Assembly (NCBI GenBank): GCA_043767845.1 | Contig: JAYUFZ010000016.1 | Span: 2,523-66,522 of the forward strand | Reading direction: 5' to 3' | DNA length: 64,000 nucleotides | DNA from: a bacterium | GTDB taxonomy: Bacteria; Patescibacteriota; Saccharimonadia; UBA4664; JBBRNT01 | Shown: one piece after another, positions 37,362-47,300 of the stretch | Position numbering within the stretch: the stretch's first letter is position 1 | Layout: every line of letters starts with the position of its first letter | Translations under genes and position numbers: made by a program | Notes under the pieces: generated by a model | What the model saw: only the letters and a program-made list of their open reading frames with translations | Databases searched by the model: none | Told to the model about the DNA's origin: nothing

Positions 37362-37420
37362 GGTCGGCTTTTTCATGTCTCAAGCCAGCATTTCTCGCCC
37401 AACTAAGGTAGAATGAGGCT

Positions 37421-38236
37421 ATGAATAATACTCCCACGCCCGCTTCCGACCTGCCCTTTTCTGGTAAGACAGCCCTCATTACAGGTGCTTCAAGCGGTAT
37501 TGGGCTTTCCCTCGCTAGACTTTTTGCGGCCGATGGCTGGAAGCTGGTGCTCGTGTCCCAAGACCAGGAGCGGCTGAGGGCGGCTGTGGCCCAACTGAAA
37601 GCTGATTTTCAAGTAACTGTGGTATCCGTCTGCCAAGACCTGACCATACCTGGCGCAGCCCGGATAGTCTACGACAAGCTGCGTAAGGCCGATATTAAGG
37701 TTGATGCCCTGGTGAACAACGCTGGTTTTGCCACCTACGGCGAGTTCACTTTGATCGACCCGGATCGTGAAACTGCTGAGATCCAACTGAATGTAGCGGC
37801 TGTCACCGAAATGACTAAACTCTTTGTGCCACCAATGCAGAAGCGTAAGCAGGGCTATGTGCTCAATGTGGCCTCGATAGCCGCTTTCCAACCCGGCCCT
37901 CTTATGGCCGTCTACTATGCTACCAAGGCCTACGTCTTGAGTTTCTCGGAGGCAATCGCAGAAGAGTTGGAGGGTAGCGGCGTGAGCGTTTCGGTAATCT
38001 GTCCTGGTCCTACAGCTACGGCCTTTGCTAGCACCGCCAAAATGAGCAAATCCAAACTGTTTAAGGGCAAATTGATGACCGCCGAGCAGGTGGCAGAGGC
38101 CGGCTATAGGGGACTACTCGCCGGCCAGCGTCTGATCGTTCCGAGCCGGCGCGACCAGGCGATGATCTTTGGCAGCAGGTTTTTACCACGCAAGCTAATA
38201 ACTAAAATTATCAAACAAGCCCAGGACCGTCAGTAA
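37421..38236 (+). CDS. SDR-family oxidoreductase
   Basis: GKTALITGASSGIGLSLA Rossmann motif. YYATKAY (YxxxK). Confidence 0.85.
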   Translation: MNNTPTPASDLPFSGKTALITGASSGIGLSLARLFAADGWKLVLVSQDQERLRAAVAQLKADFQVTVVSVCQDLTIPGAARIVYDKLRKADIKVDALVNNAGFATYGEFTLIDPDRETAEIQLNVAAVTEMTKLFVPPMQKRKQGYVLNVASIAAFQPGPLMAVYYATKAYVLSFSEAIAEELEGSGVSVSVICPGPTATAFASTAKMSKSKLFKGKLMTAEQVAEAGYRGLLAGQRLIVPSRRDQAMIFGSRFLPRKLITKIIKQAQDRQ

Positions 38237-38658
38237 TGGACCAGATGGGAGCAGCTGGATACTCCGGCAAACCACTAGTGGATAAGCTCGGTATTAAGAT
38301 TGACACTAACCTGGCAATCCTGAACGCGCCAGATAATTACGATGATCTGATCGGCGGCTGGCCAGTTGGCTCCTCTATAAGTCGCGATCTGAGCGAGCCA
38401 AGCTATGAATTTATTCATTACTTCGCGACTAGCCGCAGCCAGTTCGTCTCAGATGCAGCAGATCTGAAAAATCACCTCGAAAAGGGTGGCATGCTGTGGG
38501 TGAGCTGGCCAAAGCAGGGTTCTCCACTGGCCGGTGATCTAGGTGAGCAGGTACTGCGCGACACACTCCTGCCGCAGGGATTGGTGGATACCAAGGTCTG
38601 TGCCGTCGACGACAGCTGGAGCGCTTTAAAATTTGTATGGAGAAAAGCTACAAAATGA
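38236..38658 (+). CDS. hypothetical protein (140 aa)
   Basis: ORF overlapping the SDR stop. No motif assigned. Confidence 0.4.
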   Translation: MDQMGAAGYSGKPLVDKLGIKIDTNLAILNAPDNYDDLIGGWPVGSSISRDLSEPSYEFIHYFATSRSQFVSDAADLKNHLEKGGMLWVSWPKQGSPLAGDLGEQVLRDTLLPQGLVDTKVCAVDDSWSALKFVWRKATK

Positions 38659-39680
38659 CCGACTTACGCTACGAATCACTGCACAATCACACCACGACCT
38701 CCGATGGCTTAATTAGCTACTTCCAATCACTCAAGGCCGCTGAGGAAAACCACACTCGGGTCATTGCTTTTACCGATCACGACGCGCTGCCGGATGAGCG
38801 GACACTGAGTGAACTCAAGGCCTACGAGGGGCCGGTCAAATGGCTAACAGGCGTGGAGCTATCGAGCGGGCTGCCCAAGGAATTGGGTGGGCACTTGGCA
38901 GGCACTTTCCATATCGTTGGGCTGTTTGTTGATCCGACAAACACCCCGCTACTTCAGCATTGTCAAAAAGCCGGGATCGCCAGGTTGGAGCGAATGCGCG
39001 ATATTGTGGCAAATTTACGCAAGATTGGCATAACTATCAGCGAGGCTGATTGCCTCAAGGCTTCTGGCGGCGAATCTGTCGGCCGGCCGCATATTGTGGC
39101 GGCTATCCTGATGCACCCGGAGAACGTGCCGGTTATCGAGAAGCTGGCCGAGCAAATGAAGCTGGAGGCCGAGGGAGATCCAGAACTTGCCAAGACCTAC
39201 CAAGATATGATCGTCATGCCCATCGAGCAGTGGATTTACCGAATGCTGATCAGTGGTGAGGCATTTATTCCGGATATTTATGTTGACTACACTTACTGGA
39301 CAGATATGGATACGACGGTTAGCTTGATCCGGGACGCTGGTGGGGTAGCTGTGATAGCTCATTGGTTCACCGTCGCCAAAAACCTGAAGTCGGATTTGCT
39401 GGGTGAGATATTGCGCGACAACCGGCTCGATGGCGTGGAGCTGGCCAACCTCAACCATGCCAATAGGAGTGAAGCGGCGGCCGAGTCGGCCGAGCTAGCT
39501 GCCCTGGCCAAAGCCTACGGCCGGCTGCAAACGATCGGCACTGATGCCCACACTGCCGAAGACTATAAGTTTTTTGTGACTGACCGCAAGGAAATGGCCG
39601 AGCAGAGCATTGGCCAAACCGCGCGCTTGCTGGAGAAGTACAAGCTCGACACTCACTGGTCTAATCTGAGCAGCAAATGA
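38655..39680 (+). CDS. PHP-domain phosphoesterase
   Basis: LHNHTTTSDG … IAFTDHDAL PHP motifs I/II. Confidence 0.7.
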   Translation: MTDLRYESLHNHTTTSDGLISYFQSLKAAEENHTRVIAFTDHDALPDERTLSELKAYEGPVKWLTGVELSSGLPKELGGHLAGTFHIVGLFVDPTNTPLLQHCQKAGIARLERMRDIVANLRKIGITISEADCLKASGGESVGRPHIVAAILMHPENVPVIEKLAEQMKLEAEGDPELAKTYQDMIVMPIEQWIYRMLISGEAFIPDIYVDYTYWTDMDTTVSLIRDAGGVAVIAHWFTVAKNLKSDLLGEILRDNRLDGVELANLNHANRSEAAAESAELAALAKAYGRLQTIGTDAHTAEDYKFFVTDRKEMAEQSIGQTARLLEKYKLDTHWSNLSSK

Positions 39681-40300
39681 AGAAGCAGGCACCGAGGCGG
39701 GTGGTAATAGTTCACGGTTGGCGTGGTCGTCCGGATAAGGGGTGGCTCAAGTCGCTCGGTACTGAGCTGGAAAAGCGGGGGATTGAGGTCATCAATCCGC
39801 AGTTGCCGGACCGCTACGACCCTAAGCCAGCGGTTTGGGTGGCAGAGCTGGCTCGGCTCGTCGGGCCGCTCGACACAAATACTATTTTTGTCGGCCACTC
39901 CATGGGTTGCCCGACAATTTTGCGCTACCTAAGCGAGTACCAGGTGAAGCCGAGGGGACTTTTGACGCATGTCGCCCGGCGACTTTTGCGCCGCCGCGAG
40001 GAAGTCCAGATTCCGGCGGCTATTTTTGTGGCTGGTTTTTATGAGCTGGCAACACCCGCCCTGGACAATTTCTTTGGCCCCGAACCCGATTTTATGAAGC
40101 TTAAGAGCATGATAAAAAAGACCTTTTGCGTTTACAGTGATAATGATAAGATAGTCGATCCGGCGCGCAGTAAGGAGTTGGCCAGTAAGCTCGACTCCGC
40201 GGAAATACTGCTGCCCGGTAGGGGACACTTCGGCAATGTTTTGCTGGCTGAGGTACCTGAAGTATTAAAGTTAGCACTCGATGTTTTTGGTTTGGAGTAG
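39677..40300 (+). CDS. alpha/beta serine hydrolase, YdeN/RBBP9-like
   Basis: VVIVHGWRG… GHSMGC nucleophile elbow. Confidence 0.65.
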   Translation: MKKQAPRRVVIVHGWRGRPDKGWLKSLGTELEKRGIEVINPQLPDRYDPKPAVWVAELARLVGPLDTNTIFVGHSMGCPTILRYLSEYQVKPRGLLTHVARRLLRRREEVQIPAAIFVAGFYELATPALDNFFGPEPDFMKLKSMIKKTFCVYSDNDKIVDPARSKELASKLDSAEILLPGRGHFGNVLLAEVPEVLKLALDVFGLE

Positions 40301-40318
40301 ACCACAAAGCTTATAAGT

Positions 40319-40347
40319 ATTGACAAAAGCATAAGTATAATGTATAA
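40319..40347 (+). promoter_or_regulatory. consensus sigma-70 promoter TTGACA-17-TATAAT
   Basis: Read directly. Followed by about 310-nt leader before the next RBS. Confidence 0.6.
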
Positions 40348-40658
40348 TACTTCTCGTTCAAGTTGAGGTAACTTAATTTGACGCTCCTTACAGGCTCGGT
40401 TTAGTTTCCTGGTATTGCACCACTTATAGCTCCTCCAGTACAAATCCTGTTTTTTTGTACGCGCCCGAATGGCTAAAAACTTGTTTTGTTCGCTCGCCAT
40501 ATACCCCATATATGCCTTGCTCGCAAAAGCAGCTTTTTATCTCATCCGGATCATCGTCCAAAACTAACATGTTTTGTACTGGAGGAGCTAACCCAACTAA
40601 GTGGTGCTATTCCGGGAAACTATCGTGGGTTTCCCAACACACCCCCACAGGAGGGGCT

Positions 40659-40856
40659 ATGCAGGAAGCAGTATCGGGCGGCGACAAGCCGTTCAGCATT
40701 ACCGGCGCTCAGCTGGCAGGCGACTTGTTTGCCGCGCCGGTGTTCACCGGACCACAGGATCGCAGCCGGCTGCCCGGCTCGTACCGACGACCGCCGGACT
40801 ACCCGACCTACGATCCCGATACTGGCGAGCAGAAGCCCTTGCAGGGCAGCCTGTGA
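40659..40856 (+). CDS. small Pro/Gly-rich hypothetical protein (65 aa)
   Basis: GGAGG 5 nt before ATG 40659. GC-rich region with three open frames, so the frame was chosen by RBS. Confidence 0.35.
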   Translation: MQEAVSGGDKPFSITGAQLAGDLFAAPVFTGPQDRSRLPGSYRRPPDYPTYDPDTGEQKPLQGSL

Positions 40857-41149
40857 TCAACGCACTGGTCGCCGAAGCTCCATTGGAGCTCAGCGCCAAG
40901 ACTGGCCTTCCAATGCAGTACGTCTGCCCGGTGGCTGACAGCATCGCCGCTGAGCATGCTCGGCAAGCAGGAGTGATCTCACACCAACGTGTCTACCAGA
41001 CACCTGAGGATTACGAGGTAGCTTTCCTGCTGCTCTTCGCCGCCGCCCTCGAACAGAAGATCACCTCCGGCCACAAGTCGCTGCACCCGGCCCTCAAGGG
41101 CCAATTGCAGCTTACGGCCATCGTGGTCGCACTCAGCCGGGCCGCCTAG
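40853..41149 (+). CDS. small hypothetical protein (about 98 aa), translationally coupled (GTGA overlap)
   Basis: GTG start overlaps upstream stop. Frame choice tentative. Confidence 0.3.
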   Translation: MINALVAEAPLELSAKTGLPMQYVCPVADSIAAEHARQAGVISHQRVYQTPEDYEVAFLLLFAAALEQKITSGHKSLHPALKGQLQLTAIVVALSRAA

Positions 41150-41257
41150 CCCACCGCCCAACCCCGTCCACTGTCCATCACCCGCAAGGGTCCCAAGCTT
41201 CCGGAAGTTCCGGACTGCGCGCCCCTCGATTCACTTCGAGGGGCGCTTTGCTTTTCA

Positions 41258-41283
41258 GCACGCAGAACAAAGGTTACCTTCTC
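41258..41283 (+). repeat. half-copy of the cassette palindrome (CACGCAGAACAAAGGTTACCTTCT)
   Basis: Matches loop plus one arm of the 39-bp palindrome, 50 nt upstream of full copy D. Confidence 0.45.
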
Positions 41284-41322
41284 AAGTTCATCCTCGAACC
41301 TGAAAAGCAGCCCAAGTTCAGC

Positions 41323-41400
41323 GTTTTCGAATAGAAGGTTACCTTTTTACGCAGAAGAAAGGTAACCTTCTATTTACATTCGGTATTTGTTTGGTATACT
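41323..41400 (+). promoter_or_regulatory. dispersed promoter cassette copy D (palindrome 41333-41371, TTTACA, TATACT) upstream of dnaG-rpoD
   Basis: Identical to other copies through the -10. Confidence 0.6.
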
Positions 41401-41424
41401 GTACAGCACTGGTATACTAAGGAT

Positions 41425-43212
41425 ATGGACGAAGTAGAGGAAATTAAAAGCCGGCTCGAAATAGCCGAGGTGGTGGGCGGATACTTGCAGCTCAAGCAAG
41501 CTGGCCGCAACCTTAAGGCGCCGTGCCCCTTCCATCAGGAGAAGTCGGCTAGCTTTATGGTAAGCCCCGAGAAAGGGATTTACCATTGTTTTGGCTGCGG
41601 CGAGGGCGGCGATATCTATAAATTCGTCATGAAGATGGAAGGCTTGGATTTTCGGGGTGCTCTTGAGCTATTAGCCAGAAGAGCTGGGGTTGAACTCAAG
41701 AGCCGAGGGGGAGCCCCGAAGCAGAGCAATGAGCGGCTGTACGAGGCGCTAGAACTGGCCGTTAAATACTTTCAGGCCAGCCTGGTCAAGAATCCCACAG
41801 CTCTCGAGTATGTCATCAAAAAGCGCAAACTCACCAAGCAGACAGTCAAAGACTTCGGCATTGGCTATTCACCCGACTCCTGGAATGCGTTAACCGATTT
41901 CCTGCGCAAGCGAGGCTTTAGCGTCGATGAGCTGCTCAGGGCTGGGCTGGCCGGCCAAAAGTCCGGCCGCGACAATATCTACGACCTTTATAGAGGAAGG
42001 CTCATGTTCCCCATTTACGACCCCCAGGGACGGTGTGTGGGCTTTACGGGTCGTGTACTCGATGATAGTCTCCCAAAGTACCTCAACACCCCTCAAACTG
42101 TCTTATACGACAAATCTAGAGCCATATTTGGCCTGCATTTGGCCAAAGAGGCTATTAGGACCAAAGACGAGGTCATTTTGGTCGAAGGTAACATGGACGT
42201 CGTCGCTAGCCATCAAGCTGGCGTTAAGCAGGTGGTGGCTGCCAGCGGTACGGCTTTGACGCTCGATCAGCTCAAAACGCTCAGCCACCTGACCAAGAAG
42301 GTTAAGTTATCTTTCGATGTCGACCGGGCGGGAATGGCGGCCACCGAGCGGGCTATTCCTCTCGCTCAAAAGTTAGGCCTCAACCTCTACGCCGTCGAGA
42401 TCAAAGATGCCAAGGATCCAGATGAGCTGATTACCACAGACGTGAAGCTTTGGGAGAAGGCTATATCTGGGGCCAAGGAGATCAGGGAATACTGGTACGA
42501 GCGATCTCGGCTTGAATACAGCATCGATGATAATCCGTCTGGCATCGACAAAATCCAGTTCGTGAAGCGTATGGCCACAATACTCGCGCTTTACTCAGGT
42601 GACGAGCAGCAAGTGTTCCTTAAGCACATGGCCGGCCAGACCGGTATAGATGCCAGCGATTTTGAGGCCGCTATTGCTTCCAGCGACGAGAAGTTTTCAC
42701 CGACCCGCAGCTCGTCGCCGACTTCATCGGCCAATGCCTCGGCGCCTATCGCGGCATCTGAAGACGCGCCAGCCACTCGGCAATCAATGCCCCAGCAACG
42801 TCTCCTGGAAACCTCCTTCTTAGCACTCAACCTAACCACCCCCGAAGCCCGCCTGAGCCTCGAAGACATGAGCGCTGACGATTTTGAATCTGAGCAGCAT
42901 CAGGCAATATTTGCGGCCCTTTCAAAGCGCGGCCGGAAGGCCACCATGGCCGATATTGTAAAAGACTTGCCAGAACTAGCTGATTATGTCAAAATCCTTT
43001 CATTAAAGGGCGAAGAAGAATATGCCAATGTGGCCCCGGCGGACCGGAGCTTCGAAGCCTTTACCCTAGCGCATACCCTCAGGCAGCTAGCCAGCAAGAC
43101 CAGCATGAAACAATTAACCAAACAATTGCGCGAAGCCGAAGCATCTGGTGACGCGCAGTTAATACGTTCGCTACTCAACGAATATCAAGCATTGATCAAA
43201 GAGGAGAAGTAA
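41425..43212 (+). CDS. dnaG: DNA primase
   Basis: Zinc-binding CPFHQEKSASF…YHCFGCGEGGD, TOPRIM region. Confidence 0.95.
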   Translation: MDEVEEIKSRLEIAEVVGGYLQLKQAGRNLKAPCPFHQEKSASFMVSPEKGIYHCFGCGEGGDIYKFVMKMEGLDFRGALELLARRAGVELKSRGGAPKQSNERLYEALELAVKYFQASLVKNPTALEYVIKKRKLTKQTVKDFGIGYSPDSWNALTDFLRKRGFSVDELLRAGLAGQKSGRDNIYDLYRGRLMFPIYDPQGRCVGFTGRVLDDSLPKYLNTPQTVLYDKSRAIFGLHLAKEAIRTKDEVILVEGNMDVVASHQAGVKQVVAASGTALTLDQLKTLSHLTKKVKLSFDVDRAGMAATERAIPLAQKLGLNLYAVEIKDAKDPDELITTDVKLWEKAISGAKEIREYWYERSRLEYSIDDNPSGIDKIQFVKRMATILALYSGDEQQVFLKHMAGQTGIDASDFEAAIASSDEKFSPTRSSSPTSSANASAPIAASEDAPATRQSMPQQRLLETSFLALNLTTPEARLSLEDMSADDFESEQHQAIFAALSKRGRKATMADIVKDLPELADYVKILSLKGEEEYANVAPADRSFEAFTLAHTLRQLASKTSMKQLTKQLREAEASGDAQLIRSLLNEYQALIKEEK

Positions 43213-44328
43213 TTGGCCAAGAAAACCACCGCTCCCGAAGGTGAAGAAACCACTACCCCGGGGTACACGCCCGAAATTGAACGCTTAATCGCCAAAGGCA
43301 AGGAACAAGGCTTCGTCACGCAGCAAGAAGTTGCCGCGGCAATTCCTGACGCCGAAGAAAACCTGGAAGATCTCGATGATCTCTACGCCGCGCTGCTCGA
43401 AAACGGCATCGAGCTAACCGACCAAAAAGAACGCCTCATCTGGGATACCGATGAAGATGATCCAACCGGCAAGCCGGAAAATGACGATTACATCAAAGAT
43501 ATCGCCGACGACTCGGTGCGTCTCTACCTGCGCGAGATCGGCAAGATCCCACTGCTGACCAGCGCCGAGGAAGTTACCCTTGCTAAACGTATCGAAGCCG
43601 GCGACAAGGCTGCCAAAGACGCTATGGCCGAGGCCAATATGCGCCTCGTCGTCTCCATTGCCAAAAAGTACATTGGCCGCGGTCTAGACCTATTAGACCT
43701 TATCCAAGAAGGCAATACCGGCCTATTGCGTGCCGTTGAAAAATTCGACTACACCAAGGGATATAAATTCTCGACCTACGCCACTTGGTGGATCCGCCAA
43801 GCTATTACCCGGGCCATTGCCGACCAAGCGCGCACCATCCGCATCCCCGTGCACATGGTTGAGACAATCAATAAGCTGATCCGTACCCAGCGTCGGCTGG
43901 TGCAAGAGCTTGGCCGCGAGCCAATGCCCGAAGAGATCGCTGCTGAGATGGAAATGGATGTCGATAAGGTGAACCATATTATCAAGATCAAGCAAGATAT
44001 CGTTTCTCTCGAAGCCCCAGTTGGTGAAGAAGATGACTCGCGCTTAGGTGACTTCATCGAAGACGAAGAAGCCCAAACCCCAGCCGAAGCTGCTACTTAC
44101 CAGCTGCTCAAAGAGCATGTTAATCAGGTATTAGCGCTCCTGACTCCCCGCGAGCAAAAAATTCTTCGTATGCGTTTCGGCCTCGAAGACGGCCGTAGCC
44201 ATACCTTAGAGGAAGTCGGCCAAGAGTTCGGCGTCACCCGCGAACGCATCCGCCAGATTGAGGCTAAAGCCCTGGCCAAGCTGCGCAAGCACCGCGAAAG
44301 TAAGAAACTGCGCGACTATCTAAGCTAA
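43213..44328 (+). CDS. rpoD: RNA polymerase sigma factor RpoD (short, 371 aa)
   Basis: Region 2 [32 protein letters not shown]…[27 protein letters not shown] and region 4 HTH. Confidence 0.95.
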   Translation: MAKKTTAPEGEETTTPGYTPEIERLIAKGKEQGFVTQQEVAAAIPDAEENLEDLDDLYAALLENGIELTDQKERLIWDTDEDDPTGKPENDDYIKDIADDSVRLYLREIGKIPLLTSAEEVTLAKRIEAGDKAAKDAMAEANMRLVVSIAKKYIGRGLDLLDLIQEGNTGLLRAVEKFDYTKGYKFSTYATWWIRQAITRAIADQARTIRIPVHMVETINKLIRTQRRLVQELGREPMPEEIAAEMEMDVDKVNHIIKIKQDIVSLEAPVGEEDDSRLGDFIEDEEAQTPAEAATYQLLKEHVNQVLALLTPREQKILRMRFGLEDGRSHTLEEVGQEFGVTRERIRQIEAKALAKLRKHRESKKLRDYLS

Positions 44329-44345
44329 GTTTGAGATTTCCACAC

Positions 44346-44372
44346 AAAAAAGCCCCGTAAGGGGCTTTTTTG
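44346..44372 (+). terminator. rho-independent terminator after rpoD
   Basis: AAAAAAGCCCCGTAAGGGGCTTTTTTG. Confidence 0.8.
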
Positions 44373-44451
44373 TACAGCTAGGATTGCAAACACTAATGCT
44401 TACAGAGAATACTTATGGTAAATTTAGAACAATTTTAAGCGAATTGTAACA

Positions 44452-44805
44452 ATGATTGAGCAAGTATCAGTGAAAAAGTCCATTCCTATATCAGTTCAGA
44501 TTCTCTATGCATTGGGAATAATAGGGTTAATCTTCGGCTTGGTATTATCAACTGTATTTTTTGCTTTCCTTGGTCCAATACTATCTGTCGGCCTTGGTGC
44601 CATTAGCATCTTAGGCTTTGTACTGATAAACAAAATCCATTCCGGAAAACGGTGGGCGTTGACTATCTACACGGTGTTAGTGTCGCTTAATAGTATCCAG
44701 ACACTCGCCGCTAACCCATATACAATCCAATCCTACTTAGTTGCCTCACTTCCGATAACCCTATTGGTGGTTATATGGGTTAAAGACAAGGCTTATTTCA
44801 GCTAA
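44452..44805 (+). CDS. small membrane protein (4 TM), hypothetical
   Basis: Hydrophobic ORF. Confidence 0.4.
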   Translation: MIEQVSVKKSIPISVQILYALGIIGLIFGLVLSTVFFAFLGPILSVGLGAISILGFVLINKIHSGKRWALTIYTVLVSLNSIQTLAANPYTIQSYLVASLPITLLVVIWVKDKAYFS

Positions 44806-44952
44806 ATCCAAACCTCTTCCGGCTCGAGCTTAGGCATGGAAGACGGCCGCACGGCGTCGCAGCTATCGAGATGGGTCTCCTCCCAGAGGCGAGATGGCTA
44901 TTAAAATTGACAAAACAGCGAAATAGTGTATAATGTATACTTATCGTCAGAA

Positions 44953-45429
44953 ATGGCGCGTTCCAGATCTCTCAATCTGCCCCTCTACCCAAAGGAGGCC
45001 TCCGTGGCCTACATCACCGTCACCCGCTACATCCCGGTCCACCCTGTGAGCCGCAAGCCCGTCAGCAAGAAGTATCCAGTCAGCTCCAAGAGACTGGCCA
45101 AGATCGGCCGCCGCGTGTTCAACACTGTGGGCTGGAACCTCATGATGAAGGTGCCGGTCGTACTCGACCTTGAGGACCTCACCGTCGACCTCATTTCGGC
45201 TCCCCGCGGTTCGATCAGTGGCCAAGACTTTGAAGTCACCCTAATCGTGGCCTCCGACGATGCCCTGCGGGTCTTTGACAGCGACTCCCCCAAGGAGCAG
45301 ATGGACGACATGGCCGAAGCCATCGCCCTGGCCTTGTTCCTTAAGGTCCCGCGCCATCTGTGCTACCACGTCTGGGTCCGTGCTTTGGGCCTTACCGGCT
45401 ATTGCCGGATGGATCCCAAAGACTGTTAG
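44953..45429 (+). CDS. hypothetical protein
   Basis: TTGACA-16-TATAAT promoter at 44907-44935. Terminator CCGCCTACCC…GGGTAGGCGG at about 45455-45490. Confidence 0.4.
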   Translation: MARSRSLNLPLYPKEASVAYITVTRYIPVHPVSRKPVSKKYPVSSKRLAKIGRRVFNTVGWNLMMKVPVVLDLEDLTVDLISAPRGSISGQDFEVTLIVASDDALRVFDSDSPKEQMDDMAEAIALALFLKVPRHLCYHVWVRALGLTGYCRMDPKDC

Positions 45430-45523
45430 CAAGTTCTTGTCCAGCCGCCCACCAACCGCCTACCCCTAACCGGGTAGGCGGTTTTGCGTTGCAATGAAAA
45501 ATAGCCCCACCGGGTTGGTGGGG

Positions 45524-46114
45524 CTAGGAGGGGATCATGAGCGCTTGCTTCAGCCAGGCAGAGAGGTTGCCCCAACGCTCCGGGGCGATGGCCAGCTTCA
45601 TGCGGCGTTGGCCAAGCCATGAGCCAGAGATGACTACCTGTCCGTAAGTTTGACCCCTGAGCTCGAGGCTTTTCAGGACAAGCGTGGCATCGGCACCGGG
45701 TATATGGTGGAGTTCGGCAAGGCAGTTGGGTTTTTCGCTTGGTGCGATCATTCCCCCGAGGTTCTCGTAGAGGAAGCGTATGCGCCCATCATTGTTGTTG
45801 TAGGGCTGCAAGAAGACAAGCCCTGGCGCTATGGATATGAGGTCACCGATCTGTTGTTCTCGCCACTCCGGACGATTATACCCGTAGTTGCTCTTTGCCC
45901 ATCTCTCGACATGATCGAGATCGGTGCCGAAAAATGGCTCTAGATCGATTTCATGGCCGCTGAGTCTGCGCAGGCTTGGCGGGCGCATGGTTTCGGTGGC
46001 GAAATGCTCAAGTAGCATCTGGGTAGCTGCCGGATTCCAAGTCCGCACATTGGTGCCGTGCTGGTACCAGAGCCCTCGGAGTAGTTCGTCTGGGTCGGGG
46101 AGGGTGATTGGCAT
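45524..46114 (-). CDS. hypothetical protein
   Basis: ORF. Minus-strand terminator hairpin AGCCCCA…TGGGGCT at 45497-45520. Confidence 0.4.
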   Translation of the reverse strand: MPITLPDPDELLRGLWYQHGTNVRTWNPAATQMLLEHFATETMRPPSLRRLSGHEIDLEPFFGTDLDHVERWAKSNYGYNRPEWREQQIGDLISIAPGLVFLQPYNNNDGRIRFLYENLGGMIAPSEKPNCLAELHHIPGADATLVLKSLELRGQTYGQVVISGSWLGQRRMKLAIAPERWGNLSAWLKQALMIPS

Positions 46115-46135
46115 GTCAAATTCCTATCCGTTGGG

Positions 46136-46771
46136 CTAGCTGGTCAGCGCGGCGGTGAGGTCTTGTGGGGAAATGGTGATGCGCAGGGTGTAGAACTGCC
46201 AGATTGTATCCAGTAGACCCATATTGCGCTGTTCCTCACTCTCTTTGGACGAGTAGAGCTGGTTGGAATCCCAGCACTTCGCTTGCAGTTGCTCGGTGGA
46301 CAAACTGGAGGGTGCTTTCATATCGGTGCAATATGGGGGCTTGCTGCGAGTCGGCACAAACTCCAGTACCGGGTTGGACTGGAAATTGCCCTGTTTCCAT
46401 TGCAGTTCGGTTCGGCTGATTTCTAGCTCAGTAATCTGGCCTTTCACTTCGAGCATCAGGATCAGGTTATCGGACAAGCCGATACCAGTATTCTTGGCAT
46501 TGAACAGGTGCAAGTGGGGGTTTGATCCACCGCCGATAGTGCCGACCGAAATGTCCTGCTTGCCGCTGGTCGGAATACCCAGCCTGCTGCTGAAATACTC
46601 TCGGCTAATGCTCACAGTCTTGGTCGGGAAGGTCTCGGGCTTGGCCTGAGCGTTTTGGCTAACTCCCAAGATCCATCCGGCGGTCATAATGACCAGGGCG
46701 ACGAGTGGCACAATCAGCCAGTCGAGAGTGTAGTAGGCGGCCTCACGGACCACTTTCCATAGCTTTGTCAT
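46136..46771 (-). CDS. hypothetical membrane-anchored protein
   Basis: N-terminal TM. AGGAA RBS. Confidence 0.4.
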   Translation of the reverse strand: MTKLWKVVREAAYYTLDWLIVPLVALVIMTAGWILGVSQNAQAKPETFPTKTVSISREYFSSRLGIPTSGKQDISVGTIGGGSNPHLHLFNAKNTGIGLSDNLILMLEVKGQITELEISRTELQWKQGNFQSNPVLEFVPTRSKPPYCTDMKAPSSLSTEQLQAKCWDSNQLYSSKESEEQRNMGLLDTIWQFYTLRITISPQDLTAALTS

Positions 46772-46889
46772 GTCAAATTCCTATCTGTCGATCGGGTGGG
46801 GCGATAATAGCATAATTTACTAGGTCCGTCACCCGGGTCGTCTTTACAAAGCAGAAGCCCCGCCGGATGGCGGGGCTTGGTGGACGGGG

Positions 46890-47300
46890 TGGACGGTGTT
46901 TCTGGTAGTTGGGGTTACCATCCTCGTGGGTGGTGCATCCGCAGACGCTGCACTCGGAGCGGGCGAAGCAGTCCTAGCCGATGGTCTTGTCCCAGACGTG
47001 CCAGCCTTACTTGAAACGGCCCAGAACGGCATTCTGCCCGTTGTGCGGACAAGGTACAGTTAGTGCGCCAAGTAGGCTATGGGCGGTCTCGATGTCGATC
47101 GGCATCCGGCGCATTGGCGGCGCTTCGGGGTTAAACCGCTTGGCCATGGCCACGTATGTTTCGCCCTGGTAGAGGGCGACCCACAGTTTGTGGTCTCGGA
47201 GTGGTGTGGTGCGGCCGAAGCGTTGGGCGGAACAAGACGGGGGTCATGGAACCTTTCAAGGGCAGTAGGCGGTCTCTGGGCATTGTGTCCAGGTGCATAG
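46890..47300 (-). pseudogene. possible decayed gene remnant (protein-like segments interrupted by in-frame stops; Cys-rich CSVCGC…PCPHNG pieces)
   Basis: Minus-strand translation gives …ALYQGETYVAMAKRFNPEAPPMRRMPIDIETAHSLLGALTVPCPHNGQNAVLGRFK*…*DCFARSECSVCGCTTHEDGNPNYQ. No intact ORF. Confidence 0.2.

Noticed and set aside
44926-44952. Upstream extension of the 44953 gene (MYNVYLSSE…)
   Set aside because: Extension overlaps the -10 box of its own consensus promoter (TATAAT at 44930-44935). Start moved to 44953.
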